A stretch of 64,000 bases of DNA from Octopus vulgaris (lineage: Eukaryota), in assembly GCA_951406725.2 (NCBI GenBank), contig OX597821.1, forward strand, positions 41,292,001 to 41,356,000, written 5' to 3'. Both the position numbers and the translations under genes were made by a program. The stretch's first letter is position 1; each line of letters starts with the position of its first letter. A model generated the notes under the pieces. That model saw only the letters and a list, made by a program, of their open reading frames with translations, made no database searches and was not told where the DNA came from. Shown piece by piece: positions 38,991-52,540 of this stretch.

Positions 38991-39247
38991 TGTGTGTGCT
39001 ATTGAAGAGATGACTTTAGCACACTTTTAATAATTTACAGTCAGGTTGTTTTTTTTGTTTTTGTTTTTTTTTTAACTGAAATATTCTAATTTTTATATTC
39101 AAGGGTGCAACACTCATATTCACGATTTATTTATTTGATGGCAAACATTGAAAAGCATGCTGTAATCATAATTTCTACAACATATACCTCCCAAGAATAT
39201 GGTTCTCTTTCATACATACGCCTACATTCATATATTATCATCATCAC

Positions 39248-39289
<42 letters not shown>

Positions 39290-39602
39290 TTAAAATCCAT
39301 GTTCCATGCTGGCATGGGTTAGATATACATGTGTGTGTGTGTATGTGTGTGTGCGTGTATATATGTATGTTTGTATACATAGATGGATATGTATGTATGT
39401 GTGTGTGTATATGTATGTATACATAGATAGATATGTGTATGTGTGTGTATGTGCACATATATAAGTATATTTATCTATCTATCTATCTGTCTCTCTCTCC
39501 CCCTCTCTCTCTGTATGTGTGTGTATATATGTATGTATACATAGGGAGATATGTATGTATGTGTGTGTATGGTGCACATATATAAGTTTATTTATCTATC
39601 TA

Positions 39603-39660
<58 letters not shown>

Positions 39661-39679
39661 ATATATATATATATATATA

Positions 39680-41093
39680 CTAGCATTATGACCCATCGTT
39701 GCCGGGTCATAGTGCTAGTGCATGTATATATGTGTATATATGTGTACATATTACATGTACATCTATATATATACATCTACACATAAAATACAAAATACAA
39801 AGTTATATCTTGATATCGCTAGTGATAACAATACTCAAAATATATAACAGACTGGAATTGTTAGCCCGTCTCTTGCAATTTCGATCCCTTGTATCTTTTC
39901 CTCCCTCTTGTATAGAAGTGTGGCTACAATCCAGCCTACCTCTATTTCTGAGGGGACATTTTAAATTTTTATCCGAGATGTCCTACGTCCCAGATATAAA
40001 GGTGAAAATAAAATATTTCCATTTTGCAAGGTTCGAGCCGAGTACTCCCTTGCATGCTCCGTTGACTCAAACCTTACTTCTATTGTGGCGAATTTACCGC
40101 GACTATCTTTCATAGTTGCACCAAGACACTTTTTGATGGTGCTTTCCTCCAGGTGTTCCAATCTTTTTTTTTTCTCTACATTGTATACTTTATAGACAAT
40201 AGTCTTTTCTTTAATTTAATTTTTTATTTCGTTTCTTGGTGTTATCCTAGATTCACCGTCTTTGTCGGTAATCAATCCGAAATAGGTTTGTATTTCTTCC
40301 ATTTTAATTTTAATGAGTTCACACCCGCCGACGGCTGCAGCGAAATTCATTCTTGGACTTTCTTCTATCGAAGGCATTCTAACAAAGATGCTTCCATATA
40401 AACGGTGAAAATATTGTAAATTTCCCCAAACAGGGATACAATTCAATTTTTAAACAATAACCAAAGATCCTTCTCCCAAAGGGGGAGGGTTGCAGTTTAC
40501 AATTATTTAACAAATGCAACACAAGAGAGGAACCAACAAACGTGATAACAATAGTTAAACAGTAATAATAATAACAACAGTATGCAGTTGAAGCTATAGT
40601 CCTTTATGTGTAATAGTCCATCTGAACTATTCCATTTCTGCATGTTAATTTTATTTTTAATTTATTCCCATTCATCTGAAGCCACTTATTCAAGTTCAAA
40701 TTATTGATGCAATTTTATACAAATTGCTATTTTTACTTTTGTTATGTTACGATTATATTATACTTTAGTTTGATTTTAATTATTACTTACTACATATAAT
40801 TTCAATTGTTATTATTATTTTTATTGTTAAAATGAAAGCATCAGACATAAAATAGAGAAATGTTTTTGTTTCACTTTTAACACGTAATACTGAAATAGTG
40901 GAGAAGATATGATATTGCTATGGACTCGCTCTAGGCAAGAAGTTGAACATTTTTCTTTTGCCCATGAAACTACATGGACCCTAAGTAAGGCATGTGTAAA
41001 ATTTGAATGAAATTGGTTGTGTAGTTCTCAAGTTTTAGGGAAACACACAGACAGACAGACAGACACACATTCTCAGTTTTATATATATAAAGA
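39680..41093 (-). mobile_element. Non-autonomous Helitron (~1.4 kb) carrying a LINE ORF1-like fragment
   Basis: Minus 5' TCtttatatatataaaactgagaatgtgtgtctgtctg at 41093; 3' hairpin gacccggcaacgatgggtc plus ctag at 39680; A|T insertion within (TA)n. Confidence 0.8.
39850..40377 (-). pseudogene. L1/Tx1-type ORF1-like N-terminal fragment
   Basis: MPSIEESPRMNFAAAV..., FATIEVRFESTEHAREYS...SPLYLGRRTSRIKI*NVPSEIEVGWIVATL; broken by stops/frameshift; family assignment from motif resemblance only. Confidence 0.55.
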
Positions 41094-41115
41094 TATATAC
41101 ATATATTAAAAAGAA

Positions 41116-41425
41116 GCACTCCGTCAGTTATGACGACAAGGGTTCCAGCTGATACGGTCAACGGAACAGCTTATTCATGACAATAACATGCGAGTGATTG
41201 AGCACTCCACAGGCACGTGTACCCTTAACATAGTTCTCAGGGAGATTCAGCGTGACACAAAGAGGGACAAGGCTGGCCCCTTTACAGGTACAATTTGTAC
41301 CACTCACTTTTGCCAGCTGAGTGGACTGGAGCAACGGGAAGTAAAGTGTCTTGCTCAAGGACACAATGTGTGCTGGGAATTGAACCCATGACCTTACAAT
41401 AGTAAGACTAGTGCCCGAAGCACTA
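41116..41425 (-). mobile_element. SINE family C
   Basis: gcactccgtcagttatgacgac...aaagtgtcttgctcaaggacaca...gggaattgaaccc. Confidence 0.85.
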
Positions 41426-41462
41426 ATATATATACATATATATACATACATACACACATACA

Positions 41463-41552
<90 letters not shown>

Positions 41553-41555
<3 letters not shown>

Positions 41556-42095
41556 TGTGCAGTGAATACATTGTTGTCTAAACTATGTAAAAATGAAAAT
41601 AACACTGACATCTTATTTAAACAGATATATTTACCAAAATTACTTTTAAATATCTTGAAATACTAAAGAGTAAATTTATTCAATAAAATCGCCATTGCTT
41701 TCAACCACTGCCTCCAGAACACGTCTTAATATGCACGCATAACCAACTTTTATCTTTTTACATATTTCAATTCATGATTGCATAACTGTACATAAATCTC
41801 CTCACTAAACAAGGTTTTCAAAGCTTGGTTTTGTCTGTAAATATATATTCTCCTCCCATTATCGAAAGCTGAACAGTTATCTCCCTTACCCACAACAATA
41901 ACCAATTACCTTCCCTTATTTATCTACTTTGAAGTCATTCACTCGTTAATAACATCACACACAGCATGAACAAAATTTCTTCTTAAGAAAAAATACATAT
42001 TCAAATAAGTAAAACATATCATGAATAGTGATAGCGAAACCGGTCGATATATCAAAAATTATATTAAAACTATGTAAGTGTGCGTATTTTCTTTT
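41553..42095 (+). mobile_element. Probable Penelope-like 3' remnant between (TA)n tracts
   Basis: AT-rich block bounded by (TA)n that ends with a hammerhead-like motif plus a short tail. Confidence 0.35.
42016..42050 (+). ncRNA. Degenerate minimal hammerhead motif
   Basis: atatc atgaata gtgatagc GAAA CCGGTC gatat; 5-bp stem I, ACCGGU palindrome, GUC triplet; core has two mismatches. Confidence 0.45.
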
Positions 42096-42559
42096 TTAAT
42101 TTCTTATAAATATATATAGATATAGATATATAAGTACATATATATGTATGTATATGTGTGCATATATACACACATACATGCATGCACGCATGCACACACA
42201 CACACATGCATGCACACACGCATGCATGCACACACACACACAGACACTAGCATCACCATTGTCATCTTCATGTCTGTTTGTCAATGGCTGCATGAGCCCA
42301 ATGAAAAGTGTTGAGGTAGATTCTCTATAACTAGATGCCCTTTCTCTTGCCAGCTCTCATCTATTTCTAAATAAAGAATTATTCCACCTTGTGTAGAGAT
42401 GTTTCCATAGAAGACTGAAAATGAAAGACACTGCTTCTATCAGAGTGGCACTCTGCTGCATCAATGATTTTATGGCCTCAGGACAAAGTGACACACACAT
42501 GCACACAGATACACATAGCCAAACATGTATTTATGCCACCTTTCACTAGAATTCCATTC

Positions 42560-42860
42560 ATTGTGATGATGAGGGTTCCAGTTGATCTAATCAATGGAAC
42601 AGCCTGATCACGGAATTAACATGGAATTTTGTTGAGTACTCCACAGACATCCATATCCTTTATGTAGTTCTCAGGGAGATTCAGCATGACACAGAATCTG
42701 ACAAGGCTGGCCCTTTGAAATTCAAGTACAACTCACTTTTACCAGCTGAGTGGACTGGTGCAATGTGAAATAAAGTGTCTTACTCAAGGACACAACACAC
42801 TGCTGGTAATCGAACTCTTGACCTTACAATTGAGAGCCGAATATTCTAACCACTAATCTA
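42560..42860 (-). mobile_element. SINE family C
   Basis: Colinear with 41116-41425. Confidence 0.85.
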
Positions 42861-43151
42861 CAAGGACACCTCATCCGCACTCCTTGTCTCTTTGCAGCTA
42901 CCATTCATTCACTTCTCTTTCTCTCTTGGCAGATTTGACTGAGAGGATTCAAGCACCTTTGGCACTAAATTTGAAATCATGATTACAAATTAACCAGCAT
43001 TCCTCTTGCATTCTTGGCAGAGGTAGGACACCATTCTTGTTCACTAAAATTCTTTTCTATCATGCCTGTATTGATTTTGTGATTCTTCTGTGGCTTAGAA
43101 GTATTTTCACTTCTATTTTTAGCAAAGCAGGTGTTTATGTAGTACCCTAGT

Positions 43152-43195
<44 letters not shown>

Positions 43196-43279
43196 AATAT
43201 AATATATAAATATGGCGGTACACTTGCAGCCAATACCGTTATTATTTTTCATAAATATTATCATTCATATATTTATCTA

Positions 43280-43580
43280 TCATGTAAAAAGCACCATCTG
43301 AACGTGATCGATGCCAGCCCCCACTGCCACCCCAAATGGCTCCTGTGCCAGTAGCACGTAAAAAGCGTCATCCAAACATAGCTGATACCAGTGCCACCTG
43401 ACTGGCACCAGTGCCAGTGGCACGTAAAAAGCAACCTCTACACTCTCAGAGTAGTTGGCGTCAGGAAGGGCAACCAGCTGCAGAAACAGAATGGAGCCTG
43501 GTGCAGTCTCCTGGTTTGCCAGCCCCCTGTCAAACCGTCCAACTCTTGCCAGCATGGAAAACGGACGTTAAACGATGATG
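43280..43580 (+). mobile_element. RTE 3' end
   Basis: gtgccagtggcacgtaaaaagc modules, ggcgtcaggaagggc, gcatggaaaacggacgttaaacgatgatg. Confidence 0.85.
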
Positions 43581-44904
43581 AGATTATGTGCGCATGCATG
43601 CATGTATGTATGTATGTATGTATGTATGTATGTATACGGTTTGTTTGTATGTATGTTTGTATGTATGTATGTATGAATATGTGTATGTATGTATGCATGT
43701 ATGTATGAATGTATGTATGTATGAATGTATGTATGTATGTATGTTTGTATGTATGCATGTATGTATAAATGTATATATGTTTTTTTGTGGTGGCATAGAT
43801 GTATATTTACTTTCACTGGTATTGTGTATATATTTTTATTTTCATAGTGCTGTATATATTTTTTTACATTCCCTAATGGTGTATAAAATTTTGCATTCAT
43901 TAGTGGTGTATATACATTTTCACTTCCAGTAGCGGGTGTATTTATTTTCAGTTTTGTCACTGACATATCAAATTACAAACGAGAGTTATCAGCTGTGCCA
44001 TTCTCTCTCTTTGAAAACCTCAGTTTCTCACAAAGCACTCAGTAATCATCTGCTGCTCACATATCCAAAGGCTCAACAGTTTTAGATATAACTTGAAACA
44101 CCTAATCAAGATATGATAATGACTCTCTCTCTCTCTCTGTCATAGCAAACCTGTTTTACTTAAATCTGTTCTTTATGTTTCAGTATAGCTGGTCGTTTTA
44201 TATTTTCTAACGACAATCTGACACCTATACATAAATTTACACACACACACACACACACACACAAATGTATGTACAACACTAATGTGTGCATATAGCAGTT
44301 CCTTTCTTGGTCTTGGTGTATGTAGAATATAAATATGATTGTGTATATGGTGCTTGCAATTGTCTTAAGTTGTAAACCATTTGCAAAAGTAATTTGATTA
44401 AATGCCTATAGTTGCACAGACCTATCCTATTGAAGTTAGTTTGGGGATTTAATGTAAAATGATATAAAAGTTTTCAATGCAATTCTGTAGATTTATTATA
44501 TTTTCAAGCTAATCCATTGAAGATGTCATTTAAAAGGTTCTGTTTAACAACTAACGATGATGTGTTCCACTCATAAATGTTCTCATCATCACACTCAGAT
44601 AGTTTAACAAACTGATGGATATAGTTTCTAATTCAAGCCTCTCTGACCAATTAAGTGTTGGCATTCTTTGTAGCCATGTTATTATTAAAATATTTCATGC
44701 TGATGGTTCTCCATGACATAATTTGAATTGACAGAATGCCAACATGATACCAATAATATCCAAATAGACAGAATGAGACCTTCTTTCACTTACTACTTTA
44801 ATTGTCTTGGCAAGTGCCGTAGAACAAGACAAATGCACCAAACATTTTGAAAGAGTGAGCAAGTTTCAATTCTCACTTGATAGAATTTCTTTTCATTTAT
44901 GCAA

Positions 44905-45275
44905 TTAACTCTTTATATGCCAATCCACATGAAAATACCCCAGGTTTTAAGACACAAATTCTATTTTAAACTTACCTAAATAAAAAAAAATCTTAAACAG
45001 TAGCTTTAATAAATACAAAGCTATTTTACTAAATTCTTCATTGCTTTCAAAACCATTGAAAACAGAAGCGGTGTATTTCATTGATACCAGCATACCTTAA
45101 AACTACCTTTCGGTTTATAATACAAATTCCATTTGAAAGTGATCTAAATTAGAACCGTCCATCAAAGTTCTATGTTGATTTAGGTTTCAAACACAGATTC
45201 TTTATAACAATTACTATTTTTCATTAAATTCTTCATTTTTTTTCAAAATAAATTGTACAAAAGGCAGTATATTCT
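44905..45275 (-). mobile_element. Two reverse copies of the 17720-18335 MITE-like repeat
   Basis: ttttactaaattcttcatt..ttcaaaa occurs twice; ccatcaaagttc.atgttgattta. Confidence 0.55.
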
Positions 45276-46099
45276 TTTATTCTTTTATTTGTTTCAATCA
45301 TTTGATTGCAGCCATGCTGGAGCACTGCTTTTAATTGAACATGATTGACTCCAGGACTTATTCTTTGTAAGCCTAGTATTTATTCTATCGGTCTCTTTTG
45401 CCAAACCATGTGTGTGTAAGGGTGCGTGTGTGTGTGTGTGTTTTGTGTGTGTGTGTGTGTGTTTTGTGTGTGTGTGTGTGTGTGTGTGAGGGTACGTTGT
45501 GTGTGTGTGTGTGTACTGATAGTCAATCCAAAAGCACAACAAGCCCTAGAAAAGGATGCATTATGATTTGGATGTCTTGTTTATATGCAACAGGGCCAGC
45601 ATTATCTGCATATGACAGCCTGGGTTGTGTGTGTATGTGTGTGTGTGTGTGGATGTGTCTGTGTTTGTGCATGTATGTGCATCCGTGTGCATCTGTGTGT
45701 GTCTGTGTGCGTATGTGTGCATGTGCATATGTAGGTCTATGTAAGTGGGTTTGGATTTTCTCTCATCTTCACTTATATTCACTGATTATAAGCAAAAGCC
45801 TTGGTGTCCGTGCATACAGTGTTCTTTGTTTGTGGTCCACTGTGAAATCACACCCAGGCTTCTTGACATGGTGAGCATTCTTCGTAAACGAAAACCCCAC
45901 CAGTCAACAAATGCTGCCAATTGTTCCCAGTTCTCCATGTAACCATGTCTGGGCTGTTTGATGTTTCAAAGACCAGTGGGTATTTGCCGTGCTTGGTAAC
46001 ACGCGAGAATTGGCAAGAGAAAGAGTATCCAGCTATGGAATATTTCGTCCTAATGTAGTTCATCCGATCCTTCCACACATGGAGGAATGGACATTAAAA

Positions 46100-46180
46100 T
46101 GACAATGATGGTGACAACGACAACGATGATGATAATGATGAAGATGATGATGATGATAATGATGATGATGGTGATGATGA

Positions 46181-46214
<34 letters not shown>

Positions 46215-46285
46215 GGTGGTGGTGGTGGTGGTGATGGTGGTGGTGGTGGTGGTGATGGTGGTGGTGGTGGTGGTGGTGGTTTTGG

Positions 46286-46317
<32 letters not shown>

Positions 46318-46318
46318 A
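46100..46318. repeat. (GAT)n-(GGT)n-(GAT)n compound trinucleotide repeat
   Basis: Direct reading. Confidence 0.95.
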
Positions 46319-46814
46319 TAGAAGTGTAAAAAATTAGACTCTTAAATTCTTGCCACATTTATTTTGTTTATGTTTTTATTTATTTATTTATTTATTTATT
46401 TTTTAAAAAAACAAGATTTAATTTTGTCTTTGATAAGAAATAAGACTGTTTTGGAAATGATGGTGTCTGCAGATAAAGAATTTATTAATTCCACTCTCGG
46501 AAACAATGATGTGGCAGAATCATTAACACATCACACAAAATCTTTTGCAGTATCTCTCTGGCTCTTTACATTCTGAGTTCAAATCCTGCCAATGTTAACT
46601 TTGCTTTCATCCCTTTAAGGTCAATACAAATCCCAGTTAAATACTGCGGTCATTGTAATTGACCCACCCCGCCCCACCACCAGCAAATTGTTGTCTTTGA
46701 ACTCTGTAATAGACCGGTCTGCTCTTCAGTGGGTGCATTATGATCTCAGCCACTTATTGGTCACTTATACTCCATGGATGCTGGGCAAATTGCATTATGA
46801 GTACTAAAGCTTAA

Positions 46815-47047
46815 GAAAAATTCCGTGCTGACAAAATTCCGGGCTGCACGGAATTTTATCAGTGTACACATGTCGCGATCTCAAAGCGACGAAAATATTT
46901 TGACAAATTATATTTAAATGTTGAAGTGAATCTAACAGGTTTTGTGTGTTTCTTAAATGACTTATAAACACCTTCCACGCTGCAATTGTTTTCGTTCCAG
47001 CACACGTTCTCAGATCAGGTCACTTGCTATGCAAGTGCATCTCCGTA
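46815..47047 (+). mobile_element. CpG-rich small element with hammerhead-like topology (46855-46907) and local inverted duplication
   Basis: tttatca gtgtacacat gtcgc-gatctcaaa-gcgac GAAA atattt tgacaaa; IR ctgacaaaattccg / cggaattttatcag; ends at (TA)n. Confidence 0.45.
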
Positions 47048-47061
47048 ATATATATATATAT

Positions 47062-47970
47062 TTAGAGACTTGGGGAAATTGATTCTCTCAAATGCCTGGG
47101 TGGTTCATTAGAGGTTGTAAATAATTTCTTTATAGAGGACCAAATTAGTATTGGGGGAGGATGCACAGAGAGTGTAATAGCTACAATAAGAATAGGCTGC
47201 AGGAAATTCAGAAAGCTGTTACCTCCGTTGGCCCCAAAAGGTTTCTCTCTCCAAGTGAAAGGAAGATTGTATGATACATGTATACAGACAACAATTCTAC
47301 ATGGTAGTGAGACCTGGGCTCTGAATGCAGAGAACATGCGAAGGTTAGAGAAGACCAAGGCTAGTGTGGTCCACTTGATTTTTTTAATGTTCAAGTGTTT
47401 TGAGAGAGAAGTTAGACATAAGAGAAATTAGTCATCATGTGCAAGAGAGAAAACTGTGCTGTTTTGGTCATATGATGCAGATGGATGCTGACAGCTCTGT
47501 AAAGAAATGCCGATCTCTCAAAGTAGGTGGAACATGTGGAAGAGGGAGACCCATGAAGACATGGGATGAAGTACTGAAGAACAACCTCAGGATGCTGAAC
47601 TTGTCAGGTAAGATAACAAAGGACCGAGATGCCTGATGCTTGCTGAATTCATGAGGACCTGTAATCCACAACAGGTGTGTTAATACCAATCCTTCTGGTG
47701 GTCTAAAGCACTCATGGTGGTGTCACATAATCGTGCCCTTCCAGTACCACATAAAAAGTGCTCGTGTGACACCACGTAAAAGTGCCTGTGCAGTGCCACG
47801 TAAAAGCACCCAGCATACTCTGTAAAGTGGTTGGTGTAGGAAGGGCATCCTGCCATAAAAGCCATGCCAAATTAGACTGGAGTCTAGTGCACCTTTGGTC
47901 AAACTGTTCAACCCATGCCAGCATGGGACAATAGACATTAAATGATGATGATGATGATGATGATGATGAT
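47062..47970 (+). mobile_element. RTE LINE 3' portion (RT C-terminus plus 3'UTR plus (GAT)n)
   Basis: KGRLYDTCIQTTILHGSETW, LCCFGHMMQMD, GTCGRGRPMKTWDEV...DRDA. Confidence 0.9.
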
Positions 47971-48966
47971 ATATGTGTGTGTGTAGAGAGAGAGAGAGAG
48001 AGATAGAGATAACCCCAGGTAACAGGACTATAGCAGAAGACATTTGCCCAAGGTACCACATAGTGGGGCTGAACCCGGAACTGTGTGTTTGAGAACCAAA
48101 CATATAACCACACAGCCACGCCTACATAGGGCAGACATTAATTCATTGTGTTTTTCTTTTGTGTCTTTTTTTTGTCCAAGAGAGACAGATCCACAAAGAT
48201 AATATTCATGTCTGTTTAGTTTGTTCTTTATTTTCTCAGCATAATACAATTGATGACATTTATTAAACAATATACATACATTCCTTTTATAGTTTTGTTT
48301 TCACTTCCATAGAATTACATCATCCAATATTCCAATTAGTTTCTTGTCTTTTCTCCAACAGATATACCCCTTTTTTTTCAAGGGAAATAATATCTTCTCA
48401 CAATTTCTCTTTTCGCTAAAGCAACTAGTTGTTTTGATTGGTCAAAAATAATCTATATTTGGAAGTGAGTAATTCAGTTTTATAACCTTCTTTAAATTGA
48501 CTAAGAAAGTCAATGCATTTATTATTTATATTTGTGTCTTTGATTTATAATGGGGAAATGGCAAAGACTAAGAGACCTACTGTTCTTCACAGTCTCAAGG
48601 TGGTTCTTTTTTTCTTTACAGATTAGATTTTATAAGACAAAGTCAACAACCTCTTCAAAGTTAAACAATGAAAACAGTTCAAGTTATTGAGTCAAAAAAT
48701 AAAAATAATAATAAACGATAATAAAGCATTGTGTGAATTTCAAATAAATAAATGATTAAAGAAATAAAAATAGCAATTCTATAAAGATCTTCAGAATGAT
48801 TTTTCAACAGGAAGTTTGACTTTGTCTACTTTTTGACTTTAGAGAGGTTCATCCGCCAGACAGGAGTGAAAGTGAAAGCTGTTAGATTGCAGATTGTTTA
48901 TGTTGATATGTCTTCATATTGTTCCTGCTTTCTGTTGAAATACGTATATATTTATATACATGTGTG

Positions 48967-49022
<56 letters not shown>

Positions 49023-49174
49023 TGTGGGTGTTGGTTTGTGCAAATATATATGCATGTATATATTTGTGTATGTATATATATATATGTGTGTGTGCATGCA
49101 CATATGCACACACACACAAATGCATTTACACAGACACAGATATACATATATCTACATGTATGTATATATGCTTA

Positions 49175-50736
49175 TCTCTTATTATAAAAGGCAGATTTTA
49201 TCTGCCTCCCTTTGGGAGTTATAGAAATCTACAATATAGGATTTCTTCAATTACAATTTACCTACCATTTTTAAGAGTACAATGCATCGCGTCATGCCAG
49301 GTCCAGTTTTTAAAATTTAAACTCCAATTAAGCAAAATTTACAGAAAACTCACATTCTGGTGTGTGTGTCAAATGCTTTTCTTAGTCTGGTTTACACCAC
49401 ACGCAAACGCACACACACAGTGTGCAACGAATAAAATGAAAGTAAATAGCGACATAGTGATTTGAGGAAGACTAAACTGAAAGTATTTAAACCACTACTC
49501 AAAAAATAAAAAAACACAACAAACAGAAACAAATAAATATATAACCATTTAGTCCTCACACAATTTCTTCAATTAGAATTTACCTAAGATTTTTCAGAGT
49601 ACTTCAATGGGTGATGCCATAAAAAATTTCTTTCAATTTTACCACCAATTAAGACAAAATTCGAGAAAACTCAATATTTTAACATATCACTCCGAAAGCA
49701 TTGATGTACATGTGTGCGTGCGTGAGTGTGTGTGTGTCATTCCTCACACACATGCATACACATACATATACAACTACATACAACTACATACACATACAAC
49801 TACATACAAACACGTGTGTGTTTGTTATTAGTAAAAAAGGCGCCAAAACTCAACTCACTTATCATTCCAACACATTTGCAAAGACACACGGACGGACAGA
49901 AAAGGTAAATTGGTTTTTATTTTACTCTGTATATATTTTATTATATAATATTATATATAGATATATGTATATATAATTGCAGTATGAAACAGTGTTTATG
50001 TATAAACAGACGACACTTATATATAGTTACCAAGCCGCCCGAATTTACCTATTCATATTTAAATGAGAATATCAGAGCAAATCTCTTTAGTACATTCGTG
50101 AAAACACGTATTATACTTCGTAAACACTTCAACTACAGTTTTGTACAAAAAGCGAAGTGTAATTTTAATTCCGTGAATTATGGAAGATTTTTTTCCGAAA
50201 TTTGTTCCTATTGTGTTTTCAAAATTTGTAATTCTGACAAAAAATGGATACGAATTTCATTATATCAAGCAGCGAGTCAGAATTCGAAGGATTTTCTACT
50301 GAAGACCTTCATAAATCTAACTCTATGACACAAAAAAAAGCATCTTTATATAAGAGTGAAGTTGTGTGTCTGTCTCCTACGATTTAGATTCCTAACTACT
50401 CCCACATTTTGCGGTGCAGTTTAACCAAAAGCGGGTATCTTATAGTCGTGATTCATATCGAGCCCTTCTGGGTATTAGCGTGCGTCTACGATGAGTCTAC
50501 GATTTTAAAAAAATTTACCACCATATTTTTCCATTTTAATGCATTTTTTCGCTTTTATATAAGGGAAGTAACTCTCTAAAAATATCTACGATGTGTCAAC
50601 GATTTAAAAAAAATTTACCTTAATTTTTTTTTCAATTTTTAATGCATTTTTTTGCTATTTTTTGGCTATAACTCTCTAAAAATGCTTATATATTTATTTC
50701 CCTTACAACCCGAGCAACGCCGGGCGATACTGCTAG
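49175..50736 (+). mobile_element. Composite non-autonomous Helitron (5' ends at 49175 and 50343, one 3' end at 50736)
   Basis: a|TCtcttattataaaaggcag at 49175; a|TCtttatataagagtgaagttgtgtgtc at 50343; hairpin cccgagcaacgccggg plus ctag|t at 50736. Confidence 0.75.
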
Positions 50737-50816
50737 TATATAGATAAATAGATAAACATTTAGATATAGATATATTTATTCATATATATGCATACATACA
50801 TATTCATAAATATATG

Positions 50817-50874
<58 letters not shown>

Positions 50875-50987
50875 ATGCTAGCATGGAAAACGGACGCTAA
50901 ATGATGATGATGATGATGATATATATCTACATTTATATTTATATATGTATATATGTATATATGTATATATAAGTGTGTGTGTGTGTG

Positions 50988-51045
<58 letters not shown>

Positions 51046-51074
51046 TATATACATACAGATATGTGCACACACAC

Positions 51075-52540
51075 GCATCATCATCACCAAACATTTATCT
51101 TCCATAATGGTATGGATTGGACAGTTTGACATGAGCCAAAAGGCCAGAGGGCTGTACTAATGTCTGCTTTAGCATGGTTCCTACAAACTAATGCCAATCA
51201 CATCCCAGAGTGTATTGATGGCTTTATACGTGGAACCAGCACTGGTGCTTTCTGTATGGCACTGATACAGATGGTTTTTACATGGTACAGGCAGAGGAGC
51301 TTTTTATCTGGCCCCAAGCAGATGCTTTTTTTTATTTGGCACCAGAATGGGTGCTTCCTACATATCACTGGCACAGGTGCATTTTACATGGCACCAGTAT
51401 AGGTGCTTCTTACATGGCACACCACCTGCAAGTCCATGGGACCTCTCAGCTGATACAGGGACATGCGTGTATGTATAGATGTTCTTTTCTACTCTAAGCC
51501 CAATGCCCGAAATTTTGGGGGATGGGACCAGTTGATTAGATTGACCCCAGTATGCAACTGGTACTTAGTTTATCGACCCCAAAAGGATGAAAGGCAAAGT
51601 CAACCTCGGCAGAATTTGAACTCAGAACATAAAGACAGACAAAATACCACTAAGCATTTCATCTGGCATGCTAACGTTTCTGCCAGCTTGCTGCCTTGCC
51701 TGTATATATAGATAGCCATGATTTTGACGTGTCTTCTCAAGCACAGCAAATCACCAGAAGGCATAGTGTCGGAAGATCCTTTTTCACTACTTCTTCCTAT
51801 GTCCCCTAGGTCTACCTTTCCACATGTTCCCTCCAGCTATCCTCATCCATACGCATCACATGACCATACCAGCACAGTCTTCGCTCTTGCACACTACATC
51901 TGATGCCTAGTATATGAAATTTTTTGTCTCAAATCACTTACACACTGTCATACAAGCACACTGATATTACCCATCCAGTGGAGCATGCTGGCTTCATTTC
52001 TTTCAAGTTTTCACATATCCTCAATAGTCACAGCCCATGTCTCATCGCTATGTAGCATAGATGTTCATATACAGGCATCATACAATCTGCCTTTCACTCT
52101 AAGCGAGAGGCCCTTTGTTACCGACAAAGATAGTACTTCTCTAAGCTCTGCCCGGCCTATTCTTCAACCATGCTTTCTGTACTACCTCCTCGGCTGCTAA
52201 CTTGGTCACCTAAGTAACAGAAAATATTTACTGTTTCTATGGATCCCCCTGGACATTTGAAGGAGTTTATTTTCCGTCTATTCCTAAGGCTTAATATACC
52301 AACACATCTACTTTCTCTGTTAACCTTCCTGTAATACTGTTGCACATTTTATGTGTTCATAGCTAGCACTGGATATACCATATATAGTTTCTGCCAACAC
52401 CTTTTCTACATATTGAGCAGGGCCATCTCCCTGAAGGGGTCAGTGATCTGCCTGTTTTCCTACTTACTAGAAATTTGGTCTTTGCTAAATTAACTCTAAA
52501 GCCTTTGGATTTTAGACCTTGCTTCCACACCTGAAATTTC
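51075..52540 (-). mobile_element. RTE LINE 3' portion interrupted by SINE A (~51481-51696)
   Basis: Colinear with 32911-34440 (GLRVNLAKT, FCYLGDQVSSRGG); imperfect TSD gcgtgtatgtatagat / gcctgtatatatagat around the SINE. Confidence 0.85.

Noticed and set aside
46712-46732. Minus-strand ctgaagagcagaccggtc resembling a hammerhead
   Set aside because: Lacks stem II, GAAA and stem I
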